Of a DNA stretch of 64,000 nucleotides, positions 37,937 to 49,407 are shown in pieces (position 1 is the first letter of the stretch; every line of letters starts with the position of its first letter). The stretch is from Guillardia theta CCMP2712 (lineage: Eukaryota > Protista > Cryptophyta): NCBI RefSeq assembly GCF_000315625.1, contig NW_005434594.1, positions 242,482-306,481 of the forward strand. Reading direction: 5' to 3'. A program made the position numbers and the translations under genes. Below the pieces are notes generated by a model, which saw only the letters and a list, made by a program, of their open reading frames with translations, did no database searches and was not told where the DNA came from.

Positions 37937-39467
37937 CGGATGAATGTTGTCCTTGCGCCGCGAGAGCATTAGAGGAGCAGTGGGCACGTGTTGAGAGGAA
38001 GTGACAGAAGAAGAGAGTTTTATTGCACGCTATCAGTTGCCTTGAAAGATTGCGCTTGCAAGACTTTGCTAGTTAGAACTGTCAGAATATCTGCCTTGCA
38101 GTTGTGAAGATGATTTCGACGTGTACTGCATGGTCTTTGAATAGCCACATCCAACACATGAGTGGACAAGATGGTTGAAATTGATCTTGTGCGTCGAGTT
38201 CGTCGCTGAGACACGTGCCATACCAGTGATGGGCACGAAAGAGGTAAAGAAACCTGCATGTCAGTATCAACTATCTCTTCTCAGGAGTGCCCTTGTTAGT
38301 TCATGGTGTGTAGCAGCACGTCTGCAAATCATGCACAAGTGCATCAACAGGGGCGGAGGAGAGGCTTGCAATCTGATTCCCACATCTCAGTCATAGAGTT
38401 CTGATTTGCCTCGTAGTGGATGGCGTACTAGTCTCGTATCAGCAACGCATCGTTAGGCTCGACAACATTCGAGACACGTATTAGTCGTGACCTCTGCTGA
38501 CTGTCTGCCATGGCCCTCAGATCTCGATCAGCTGCTTCTGTGCTCTTTCCTTCATCTTCATGTGTCTCTAGTCAGGAGTGCAAAAGGTCAGGCTTCTGGC
38601 AAGGTGTCCAGCTACGTAGAGAGCTTGCAGGAGCTTCGAGATCTTTCTACTTGATTCATACCTACATGCATACTCATACATGGCACCGAGCTTCTCTCCT
38701 GTTCGAGGTGGGATAGGCTTCTCTATTTTAATGTCTACCTGATAAAGCCATAAAGCATACAATGAGGCAATCAAGTGAAAAAATAATTAAGGAACTTGCT
38801 TTCCTCTGCCTCCCTCCTCCACCTCTTTAAGTTGCCGCTGCGCAAATCTGCCATCGCCCTATCGAATACTGCTTTCAAGGAGAAGTCAAGGTCAAGGTCG
38901 TTGGTCCATCCCCTAATCTTTGCCATTTTCATTGCAGCAGCTTTCTTTCCTCTTTTCCTCTTCCCCCCCTCCCCCCCTCCTCTCTTCTCTCTCCCCTCTC
39001 CCCACCCCCCTCTCCCTTCCCCCTTCTCTCCTCTCCTTCCACTAATTCCCTTCCCCCTTCCCCCTCTTCCCTCCCTCCCCTTCCACGACCCTAGTGAGTA
39101 CCGTGTTGTCCCCTACCCGCACACATGATTGCACGGAAGAATTCTTCTTGTCAGTACCTCCTCGTCAATTTCACATCAGCGTTCTTGGAGAGTTTGATCA
39201 CGCACGATGTCTCCAACTATGAAGCAGCTATGAAGCAGAGATAGATGGAGCAAGATGTTTTTGCAAAGATTTCATAAAAAGGGGTATAAATTGACAAAAC
39301 AAAATTTAGAGGCTACCGTCTGGCATTCGCAATCACACTGTAAAAATCATCCCCAAAACATCTCACGCTTTCAGTCCGAATGCCAGCAAAGGTAACGAAA
39401 TTGCTGCATAAACACATAACACAAAGTTTCTCATCAGGTATGTTCAATGTTTGCTAGGTGTCAGATT

Positions 39468-40220
39468 TCATTGCTTCATTGTACTCCCTGCCTTTTTTTC
39501 GAGCTCCTGAATGCAGGGCATGAGGCTACGAAGCTGCTGCTCAAACTTGCATGACAAAACCTGAAGAATTTTCCTCACTTTCGCGCATTCATCTCCTACA
39601 TGATTCTGGATCAAAGCAAGCACCTGCCCTGAAATCACAAAAGGAGACGAAGGCAATGGTAACCCCCCGCCCTCGATGATCCATGCGAGAAAAGATCGTA
39701 TCGTATCTTACCGTCTGTCCATTCTCGTTCTCAATATCAGCTCTTGCACCAGCATCGACAAGCGCCTGGACTCCGTCAACCTGCCAGGCTGTTGAGATCT
39801 TAGGAGCAAACTCGGCAAGTATATCCAACTTGGCACGACGACGCAAACCACATCAAGGGTGTGCGCTTTTCAATCGGAAGCAATCCGTCGCTTCCAGTAG
39901 TGATGACGTTCACATTCGCTCCTGCCTGCAGGAGTGCATGGAGGATATCTGCCGAACCGATCAGTCATGGTCAGACCAGTGGGGGAACAAAGGTACGCAC
40001 TGAGGTTTCCTGACAGGGCTGCCAGGTGCACTGCGGTCTCTCCAGAGGGTGTCAAGACTTGGTCGGGGTTGATGCCAGATGAGAGCATCTCATTCACAGC
40101 CTGCTCCTCACCCCTGGCGACCGCGTCGAGGAATGCATGCCCATCCAACTCGACAGAAGCTGTCGCATGAGGGCATGCCAAGAGCCATCCGAGGACGAGG
40201 ACGATAGACAGCTGCTTCAT
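39468..40220 (-). CDS. Secretory-pathway ankyrin-repeat protein (multi-exon)
   Basis: Signal peptide MKQLSIVLVLGWLLACPHATA. Ankyrin motifs GETAVHLAALSGNL, LLQAGANVN, RTPLMW, LVDAGARADIENENGQT. Confidence 0.8.
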
Positions 40221-41071
40221 GTCGGTCACTTCAACGGCTGAGCTCTTCTAGGCACTCCTGGTCCTTCCCTCAGCTGGAAACTATCTCCCTCCTTCTCCTC
40301 TTCCGAAGTTTCTTCGCGCACGCTGAGAGTCACTGTCACCACAGCTGCTGTGCCTGGTCGCCTCGATCGCCAAGGCCAGCGTCAGAGGAGGAAGAGCTCC
40401 CTAGTGAGTCACTACTGGTCGACGTACAATCTTTGCTGGAGGGCAGCTATTCAAATCACTACTTCATGAAGCTACCATATTTGATGCCATTTCTATTTCC
40501 TATCTGAGGGCTCTGAGGCAATGTCTTCACCCTACCACAAATCGGGCATGACCGTTGTGCCTATCTCTAGTGAAAAAGTTCGTTAGAGAGATCAGTGGGT
40601 GACTCCCCCGGACGCCCGGCCCGGCCCGGCTTGATTCCCGAGTCAGGTCTAAAACTCAAACAAGTAAACAATTATCGACTTTCAAGGACATCAAGTTGGG
40701 CATATAGGAAACCAAGGTGTGATCCTAATTGATATTCTGAGGCGGGTTGTTTATTCTTGGAATTAAAACTTGCGTGAAATATTTGAAATATTTCTTTATA
40801 ATTCCTACGTTCATTCGATGTTTGGGTTAGCAATTTTAGAATCTGGATGTTGACTTGGAAGGCTATTTCGGGAGTGAAAAAAAAACTCCGGAAATAGAGC
40901 AGGAGAGGCAGAGGGATTTAAAAGGCGGGGGAGCGGTGGTTCCAGCACCAGCAGGTTGGAAATGTGTTCCAATGAACGTGTGCAAGAATGATTATCCCTT
41001 ATGATTTACTTGATGTGATTGCGACCACTCTGTTGTGATGTTATTCAATATTCTGACCTCTTGACGCAGCA

Positions 41072-41242
41072 ATGTTCGCTCTTCTCTTCGACCTTGAGGA
41101 TTACGCCACCACCTACCGCGCCACCCGCGACGCCTACCTCAAGGCCGCCAACGAGCTCAAGCTCGCCACTGGCCCCTACAAGGCTGCCCGTGACGCCTAC
41201 GTCGCTGCCACCGCCACCTACACCAAGTCCCTCTACGAGTAA
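41072..41242 (+). CDS. 56-aa Ala/Tyr/Thr-rich helical peptide, candidate ejectisin/Tri-type ejectisome protein (absent from ORF track)
   Basis: MFALLFDLEDYATTYRATRDAYLKAANELKLATGPYKAARDAYVAATATYTKSLYE*. Extreme C-ending codon bias in AT-rich flanks. Splice acceptor CTGAC..GCAG lies 1 nt before AATG. Confidence 0.7.
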   Translation: MFALLFDLEDYATTYRATRDAYLKAANELKLATGPYKAARDAYVAATATYTKSLYE

Positions 41243-41714
41243 ATTACTCTTCTGGGAATGGAATAAATTATCAAAAATCACATTCTGGTGCTTTCTCTTT
41301 GTTCAGTTCTGGTGTCTTCCTTGTTATTTTCTCAGTTGTGCCAGTTCACTTCTGCAATGACTTCCCAAAGGTGTTTCCACCTTGAAATTCTGCATGGATT
41401 ATTACTGTGGTTGCACTTACGAGTGCGTTGGTTCGAGGATTGACCTGCACATAGAGTGTGCAAGGAAATGTGCTCGGTTTGCGACACTAGCACGATGATA
41501 TGGCTGACAAATGCAAGCGAGTCCACCTAGAATCAGTATAAAAGTATATTTCAAACAGGACTTTCATGCAAGATTTGTTGTTGAATGCTCCAACATGCCA
41601 CACTCTTCTAGCACTGGCATCGACCTCTATGCCGTACAATTACAGTGTGATGCCATGGACTGGACTGCCGCTGAGCCTTCAGTTCGCATCCGATTCTTCT
41701 TGGGCAAGGCAAGT

Positions 41715-42880
41715 TTCCGGGTGAAATGCCGGTGGTGCCGACGGTGGTCACCGGTCGCCGTGCGAGATTTCACTGACTCTCTGAGTTGCATTCAACCTGG
41801 CACACTGACTCTGTTGATCCCCACTCGCCCAGCTGTGATAGTGTTTGCAACCTGGAGGACTGGCAAGTCAATCAACGATCGATGCCGGGTCACGGCCACA
41901 CTGCCGTCGCCGCTGGCCGCGACTGTCCGATCGCCCGGGAGTCCGATCTGGTCTTGAGCCTGCCGCGCCGTACCGGGCCGCCACCGTGAGAGTCTAACTG
42001 TAGTTTGGGGGACAGCAGTCGGCAGGATTAGGTTTGGTTCTCGCTGTCTTTTCTCTTCTCGCCGTTTGGCCGCTGTGCGACAGTGTCAGGGTCAAGCCTC
42101 CTCGACTCTCATTATTGTCCTCGTACTGATTTTTCACTTCACTTTGAGTAAAGTAAGTGTAAGCGGCGGGAGCCGCGCTGACAGATGATGCCGGGCCGTC
42201 ACAGCCTGAGGCTGACGGTGGCTCTCCTGATTGTCCTCGTACTGCTTTTTAACTTAACTTTGAGTAAAGTGGCAGCCGCTGGCCGGCTGAGACGCGGCCA
42301 AGCCTTCGCCGGCCGGGCCCCGGCAGCCGCGGCCGGGCGGCACTGCCGCAGCCGGCCCCGGCCGTGAGGCTGCAACTCACGGTGTCACTCAGTCGCCGGG
42401 AACGCGCCGACTGCGGCACAGTGAGCCCGGTTCATCAGGCACTCGCCGGCCCCGGCAGCGGCCTCCCGAGGCTCAGGGCTCCGAGTCCGAGTCCCGGCGG
42501 CCGCGGGCCGCCGCCGCGCGGGTGACGGCGCACAGTAGTGCCGCGTGCGGTGCTGCTGAGCGGGCCCCGGTGGCCGCTGAGAGGCCGAGGGCCCGGGCCG
42601 GAACTTCCGGGGCCGACGAGTTCGGAACCCCGGGGCAGGGGCTCCGACGAGTCACACCGAGTACCCGGCGGGTCAGCCCGAGTCCTGGCAGCCAGTCCCG
42701 CTCAGCGGCTCAGTCACGGTGCCGCCCGAACTTAGCCGACGCCGTAGGCGCGGCTGCCGCAGACTCGGCCACCCGGCGACCAGTCACGACTCAGCCGTTG
42801 CGCGGCAGCCCTGCCCCCGCGCCGGGCCCGTACCGTACTACGGTACCGTGTGGCACTGAGCCCGGCCAGTACCGTGGGCT
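41715..42880. promoter_or_regulatory. CCGG/GCGGC-rich intergenic island
   Basis: Same word usage as the islands at ~11.7, 18.9, 25.2, 47.8 and 57.2 kb. Confidence 0.5.
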
Positions 42881-43555
42881 GAAAAAAACAACTATAAAGT
42901 GGTTCAATTTGTGGACCCTCAATCAAAGCTTGAAGTACTTGAGAGTCATTACGGTACGTCATTTGTTGTACCTGATATGCACTAAAAATTAATTTATTTT
43001 GTACCACAAAACTTTCTAAAAACCAGTGTTTTAAACCGGTGCTCTATATCAGGGTTTCTTCGGAGCAATCGTCCCTACGAAGTGGGGGTAGGGGTACTTG
43101 GAAACGATTTCAACATCGAAGGCATAGGGGTACCTTTCAAGGTCAAGGTGTAGGGGTGATGCAAATTACATTGTTTGAATTTATAGAATTTCTTATCACT
43201 TGGCATCTTATTCCAAACGACGATGATGGGATGGAGCCAGAACGGGTGGGGTAGTCAGATTTCAGTGAGCTCTGGGATGATCAAAGGGGTAGGGTTGTGT
43301 CACCCGAAATAGAGCAGAGGGGGTATATATAGACTTGAAGCGAGGTGCGTCGGCAAGAAGAGGTATGCATCGATAGTGAATATTGTGTTATGATTGTTGT
43401 GTTTGGAGTAGCCATAATGATTGTAAGACTTGAAGAATGTGTGCAAGCACTTGTAGCACATTCCTCATGCGAAATGTTGTTTGATATGCGGGAGTCGTGC
43501 TGTGTGATCTCTGCTTTCCCTTCTGCTTTGGTTGTTTCTCACCAACGTCGACAGA

Positions 43556-43844
43556 ATGTTCTCCGTCCTCGAGTCTGTCGCCTTTGACACCGGCTACGCT
43601 GGTTCCAGCGGCATCCAGCCGCAGTCCTGGGTCAACGGCAACGGAACCTCCTACATCTACTTCGGCTCTGGCGAGTTCGATGGACAGGGTTCCGGCCACG
43701 ACTACTACGGAACTGTGAGTGCTATGAATTACTTGCTATTGTTTGTGCTGACACAGCCCTCAGCTCTACATGCCCTCCACTGGCTACGTCAACAACTGCG
43801 ATGGCGGCCGCTCCCACACCTACTGCGACTACCGCCAGCAGTAA
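43556..43844 (+). CDS. 79-aa Gly/Tyr/Ser-rich small protein (exons 43556-43714, 43764-43844)
   Basis: MFSVLESVAFDTGYAGSSGIQPQSWVNGNGTSYIYFGSGEFDGQGSGHDYYGT|LYMPSTGYVNNCDGGRSHTYCDYRQQ*. GTGAGT..CTGAC..CAG intron. Strong codon bias. Confidence 0.75.
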
Positions 43845-44051
43845 ATGTACAGTATGCTATAGTTGACAGGCAGTACCGCATGGATTATTTTTAATAAAAA
43901 TTCAAAAAAAATGAACGCACTGAATTCGCTCTGTTGAATCACAGAAGCATGTGTTGTATTCATGACACTCTTTCTACATGGAAATTTGATACATGTTTGG
44001 AAGAGAGAGAAATTGAATGCTAGCACCAAGCATTGCAGTCTTTCTTGAATA

Positions 44052-45919
44052 TTAGCTGCTCGCTGCGCTAGCATTGTTTGTTCGTTCTCTTGGTGACTTA
44101 GATCTGGCCCGCGTGTTCGAGTTTGAGTTGCCTTTGTCTGATCTCATCGTCCACCCGTCTTCATTCTCCTCGCGAAGCAGCATCTCTCGCTCATGCGGAT
44201 GACTGCTGGATGGCAGATGGAAACCATGTGGAGCCTCCACAGGCCGCTCGTGCTCCAAGACTCGAAAGATCGGGATAAACCACTGGAGAGGAAAGTACAG
44301 TCAATCAGATGCCAACTGCACCCTCCCCATTCTACCTGTTTGTCGTACAACTCGAAGCCAGCCGCCCGTCGACTCGCCACGCTCAAGTTGCCGGTTCCTG
44401 ACTCGTTGTACCTCCAATCGTCCATGCTCTCCCTAAGATCGAGCGGAGCTCCCATCTCCGATGTTTTGGAGACCGCAATGTGGATTTCCTTCTTCTCCCC
44501 CAGCAGCATTTCGAGTAGCGGCGCGGTCCCACCTCCGAAAATGAAGATAGTGGAGAGCACAACGATCAATGTGGTTGTGACAAGCACTGCTTTGGTTTCT
44601 GGAGAGACTGCAGTCAGCGAGTGAGACTGCATGTTGAGGACCAAGGAGAAGGCGATGGCTCCTCGGAGTCCTGAAAACCACATTATGAACTGCTCCTTGC
44701 TGGAAATCTTCATCCCAGAGTTCTGCGACTTCCTGTTGATCAAGAAAGAGAGAGGGAAGATGTTCAGAGCACGTCCCAGGAGAATCAACACCATTGCACT
44801 TATGATAAACCCAACGTGGAAGCGATGCTGATCAAGAGAAAGTCAGTACATCGTGCAATTGCAACGCAGCAGCTCGCAAACCTGCAAGGTTGGCAATGAG
44901 AGTCCCATGTACGCGAAGATCGCCGTCTCCGCCATTAGCGCAGCTGTTCTGAACGTTTGCTGAGCAGTCATTTGTGTTGTAGGAGAGAGATTGTAGTGAG
45001 TGTAATGTGACATGACAATGCCAGCAAACAGAATGGCCATGATTCCTGAGAGGTTAAGAGCTTCCGCAAGCAAGTAGGGGAGGTAAGCGAAGACGAACAT
45101 GAGAGCTGCTTCCAGAGAAGGATGCTGATAGAGCCGAGTGAGCTTAAAGACTAGAGCGCTGAAAAGAGCAACGATCACTCCAACCACCCCCGAAAATAGC
45201 GAGACGAAGACAAACTGAAGGATTGCAGACGTCCAGCTGTCATGCTCCCTCTCATAGAAGCTGAGGAATGTCCGAAAGAGCACGACGGCAACTGCATCGT
45301 TGAGGACGCTCTCACCGAAGACGAGCATGTAAAGTGTTGGGTTCACATCCAATGCATGGAAGATTGCCAGAGTAGCAACCGGGTCGGTCGCAGAGATTAA
45401 AGATCCGAAGGTCAAGCTGTCAAGCATCGTGAGAGGATAGCTGACCTTCATCTGCCCAAGCACATACGTCCCAAGTCCAACGACCAAGGTAGAGATAAGA
45501 GTCCCAGCCACCGCAAAGACAAGAATGCTGCCGAAGTTGATGAAGAAGTTGCCTTTGTGCAGGGAGTAGCCGCTTTCGAAGATTATGGGAGGGAGCATGT
45601 AGATGAAGAACGTCTGGGGATCGAAGGTTATCAGGTTGGACAGTGTCTGCCCACTCAGTGTGAGGATGGAGCCAGCGAGAATGCCGAGCACGATCGTCAC
45701 GACGGATTCAGGGAGGTACTTGATACAACGCCAGCTGGAAGTAGCGAGCAGAAGGTAGGTACAGAAGATGCAGACGCCCAGGAGGGTGACGACCACGACA
45801 AGGTTCCAACTCTGCGCCTTCTCCTCTAGAGATATTTCCTCTGCACTCCTCCCTCCCCCTTCCCCCATCGCCAGCCACCCAGCCATGGCCGCGGCCGTCA
45901 GCCACACCTTGCATGCCAT
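44052..45919 (-). CDS. NHE8: Na+/H+ exchanger, CPA1 family, NHE8-like
   Basis: FFIYMLPPIIFESGY, SATDPVATLAIF, LVFGESVLNDAVAVVL, MSHYTHYNLSP, WFSGLRGAIAF. Two short introns. Confidence 0.93.
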
Positions 45920-46329
45920 GGCCAACAACGCACCCGCCTCCCCGCTCAGTCCCAAACTACAGGTTCGGGGCCCGGGCTGCTGCCCGGGCAGCTGCCCGGG
46001 GCCTGTCTAAGGGCAGGAGGGGTGATGAGGGTTTCAGCTCATAGAAATGGATGGAGGCCGGGCTGCGCTGTCGACTATGGCGGCGGCGGCGGCGACAACA
46101 AATGGTTGGGACGATCAGAAGAGATGATAAAGCAGATTGAAGAACTCTGATAAGACGATACCCACTGAGAGTTCCTACTTATTGATGGTTGAGACGCAAA
46201 GGTATTGCCATGTACTAGGGAACAGGGAGCGGCGATGTCCAATGATGTTGATGGCAACTGAAATGCGCGGGAAGAATTCAAGGATCTATGCGAGATGAAA
46301 TTTTTTGATTGATCGCCAAAGATATAGAT

Positions 46330-47707
46330 ATGAACTTTTTTGAGCAAGTAAGGAAGCGTCAACGACTGGTATTGGCGTCACTTTCTTTCCTGTTACAAAT
46401 ATGTCAGCTGGAAGGAAGGTTGGAGAAAGGGGAAGGTGGACTGCGGCTTAGAGGGGGTGAGCTTCAGATTCGGTTCGAAAAGGGAGGCATTGGTACGCAA
46501 TTATGCCGAACATGCGGGAGAGCTGGGCATAACAGCAGGACATGCCTGTCCAGGTCACACCATCGGAACGCTGAGTACTATTTGTCCAGTCGGTCATCCG
46601 AGGAGGCAGATCAGGAGGAAGACATGCACTCGAGGACGCATCCAGTAACCAGCAGAGCCTGCAGCATGTGTGGTTCGCTCGACGTCACGCATGGACAGGC
46701 TGATGCGGAGGGGCAATGGTGTAGATTCTTTTGTAGGATATGTACAGTTGAAAATCCCCTATCGGAGTCTTTGCGGACCAAATGCTTGCTGTGTAGGAAG
46801 TCAGCATCGTTTGGGTCAGTTCAACTTGGAAGAAAAGGAGCAGTTCACTGCAAGAGACACAGGTATGCTGATGAGATGAGCGCTTTGACATGCTTATGGT
46901 CATGTTAGGCAATCGGACGAGGTCAACGTTATTGGACGAGTTTGTCGCTACCACGCTTGCCCTCTTCGAGCTACCTTTGGAAGTCCGCAGACGCGAACTC
47001 TCGAATATTGTTCCGTGCACAAGCTTGATGGATATATCGATCTGGTTCACAGGAAGTGCTCCTTCTTTAATTGCGATACAGTCGCAAGCTTTGGGGACCC
47101 TGGGGACAGGATGCCGGTCGCCTGTGCCTATCACAGGTTGACCCAGAGCTGCTCGCGCGTGCTGATCTGCTTACACGCCTTTTTGACAGAGAAACGGGGC
47201 ACATCTACGTCGTCAGCAGGAAGTGTGGCCACCTTGAAGGGTGCGAGACTCAGGTACATTGAAGTTGAGGCTCCTCCGACATGTCTATGATGGTGGTTTT
47301 CTTCTGAAAGGCTGTCTTCGGAGACTCCAACGGGCCAGCCAAATTCTGCTCACAGCACAAGCTCCCACATCACATAGATGTTGTCAACAAGGTGAGCTCC
47401 CTGAACGAGATGTGTGAGTGTGCTCGATGTGAACATGCCGTGAACCAGAAATGCAACATTCCTGAAGGGTCCTCGAATCGAGGCTTTGGGAGTTCTGCCG
47501 CCAGGATGAATTACAAGAGACCAAGGTAATGGGTTTCCTCGCTGCTGCTGGGAAATGGCAGGCTTGATCACTGACTTCGTATGGCCAGGCTCTTTGCGGA
47601 GCCCCTACTAGGTGCTGGTGCTCCAAGAATATGAAGCCTGTGCTGATGGCGTGCTCATTGAAGCGGCTGAGATTGAAATTCTTATCAGCCTCGGCACGGT
47701 GCTGTAA
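46330..47707 (+). CDS. Leader with LRLRGG, CCHC zinc knuckle and EsV-1-7 Cys/His repeats (multi-exon; 3' end approximate)
   Basis: CRTCGRAGHNSRTC knuckle. Repeats C-x2/4-C-x3-ASFG...C-x2-H...(V)DV (CLLCRKSASFG..HCKRH; CSFFNCDTVASFGDPGDRMPVACAYH). Confidence 0.8.
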
Positions 47708-49407
47708 AGTCCATGGGACAGATCTAAGTTAAGTTATTCTTTTCAGTGACGTTTTACCTTGGTGAACGCTCATTATAAATCTCTTGATGATCCCGGGCCT
47801 CGGGCCAGAGGCGATCTAAGGTCGTCTCTGATCCCAAAAGTATCATATCTGCATCGGATCAACTTCGCCGGGCAGTGAGAACGATTATGATCAGGGAGGC
47901 CATGCCATGATGGCCGCAATCAGGCGGATTCAAACGGAGCTGCCGCTCACGCCTGACTCACTGGGGGTGCTCAGCGGCTCACGCCCGGCCTCACTGTCAC
48001 CTTGGCAGTGCGCCCGGCACCGCTGCACTGGCAGTGCCAGGCTGCTGAGCCCGGCGCCAGGCTGACCCGGCCCGTGTTGAATCATCACGGCGCGGCCAGC
48101 GGACTCTGACTGCAGCCCGCGATCATCATGACTCCGTGAATCATTGGCTAGTACCCGCCGCCTTCTTGTCATGGTTTTGAGCCCGGCCGGCCCGATGGCA
48201 CTGCCGCAGTGCGGCCCGGGGCTTATTAGGCTAGGCTCCTGGCAGTTACTACGAGTAGTGATCGAAGGCCGTAGTACAATATTGCATAGTACTTGTGATT
48301 TAAGTTAAATTTGAGTAAAGCAGGTAAACCGTTAAAAGACAACCCCGGGGCACCGCTCGCCAGCGGGGAGTAGCCTGTTGAGTCACCGGTGGGGGTACTA
48401 CTACCCCCGGTGGGGGTCACCTGTGAAGCAAATAGCTGAATCACGGTTGACGGGTAGTAACGGCGAGTGGAACACATGACGGGTCATGAAGTGCTTTCAG
48501 CCAGTGGGGATGACCAGGGGTGGTACCCCGTGACGCAGAGTTTGAATTCCGAGAGCCGATGGGGGACGGGTGTGGTTTTGGTGGAAGTTCAGGGTAGGGT
48601 GGAGGGGGTGGGGTCAATGCCAGTCTTGCGGAGACTCGGCATCCCCCCCGTCCCCACCCCCTCCACCCGGCCACTCGGACGAAAGGGTGGGTACAAGGAA
48701 ATGCAGCAACCGGTCCATCTTTGGCTCTAACTTGAGGGCGACTTGAGTGAATACAACGGGGTACTATGGTACGGTCTATGAGCAGTAAAATGTAGGGGTG
48801 CTTCAAAGTTTCGTTATGGGTGGTGTGGTTCTTGCGACAGGTAGGGGGGTGGTGCAAGGGGTCATGCTTGCGAAAGTTGATGAGGTGGTACCCGGGAGGG
48901 TGGGTTAGGGGGTGGGGTTATCCTCAAAGACACGGGTAGGGGTACAAAGTCAGGAATGAGCCAGGGTGGGGGCATCCTTACTGCGAATGCTAGGGGGGAC
49001 CGGCGATGATGGCGACTGCAGAAGGGGGAAGACGGAAGGGAGAGAGAAGGAAATGGTTGTCATTGGACCAGACATAGGAGACGAACATGCTTGGATTTGA
49101 TTTCGCACATGAACAGCAAGGAAGATGATGGCTCCACCAGGAGTAGGAAATAGGATCATGGTAGAGAGGGGAGAGATGAGATGGGATTAGCTATTATTGG
49201 GCCCCAGCACAAGATCAGGAGCTTAGTTCTTGCATTGATCGAGTTCCATTTCAAATGCGAAGAAGCTCTGAGTGCAAATTATGTGTCTTTTTGGAGAGGA
49301 GACGATTGGACATGACCAAGTCAGCCTCTTGCTATGACGACAGAACAGACATGCTTTCATTCTTTGAATTCCTGATCGCTTGGCTTCTCAGGTACTGTTC
49401 CGGGACT

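Noticed and set aside
38020-38780. Possible small multi-exon gene
   Set aside because: No consistent frame or domain could be supported.
41019-41360. 113-aa Pro/Thr-rich ORF from the track
   Set aside because: Shadow frame of the codon-biased 56-aa gene at 41072..41242.
3139-47707. Defence gene cluster (LRR, PGBD receptor, CCP, CRN, EsV-1-7, ejectisin)
   Set aside because: Interleaved with housekeeping genes (GBF1, NHE8); no evidence of co-regulation or conserved linkage.
7837-47707. Endogenous giant-virus insertion
   Set aside because: No viral hallmark genes (capsid, polymerase, packaging ATPase); the candidate genes carry host-type introns.
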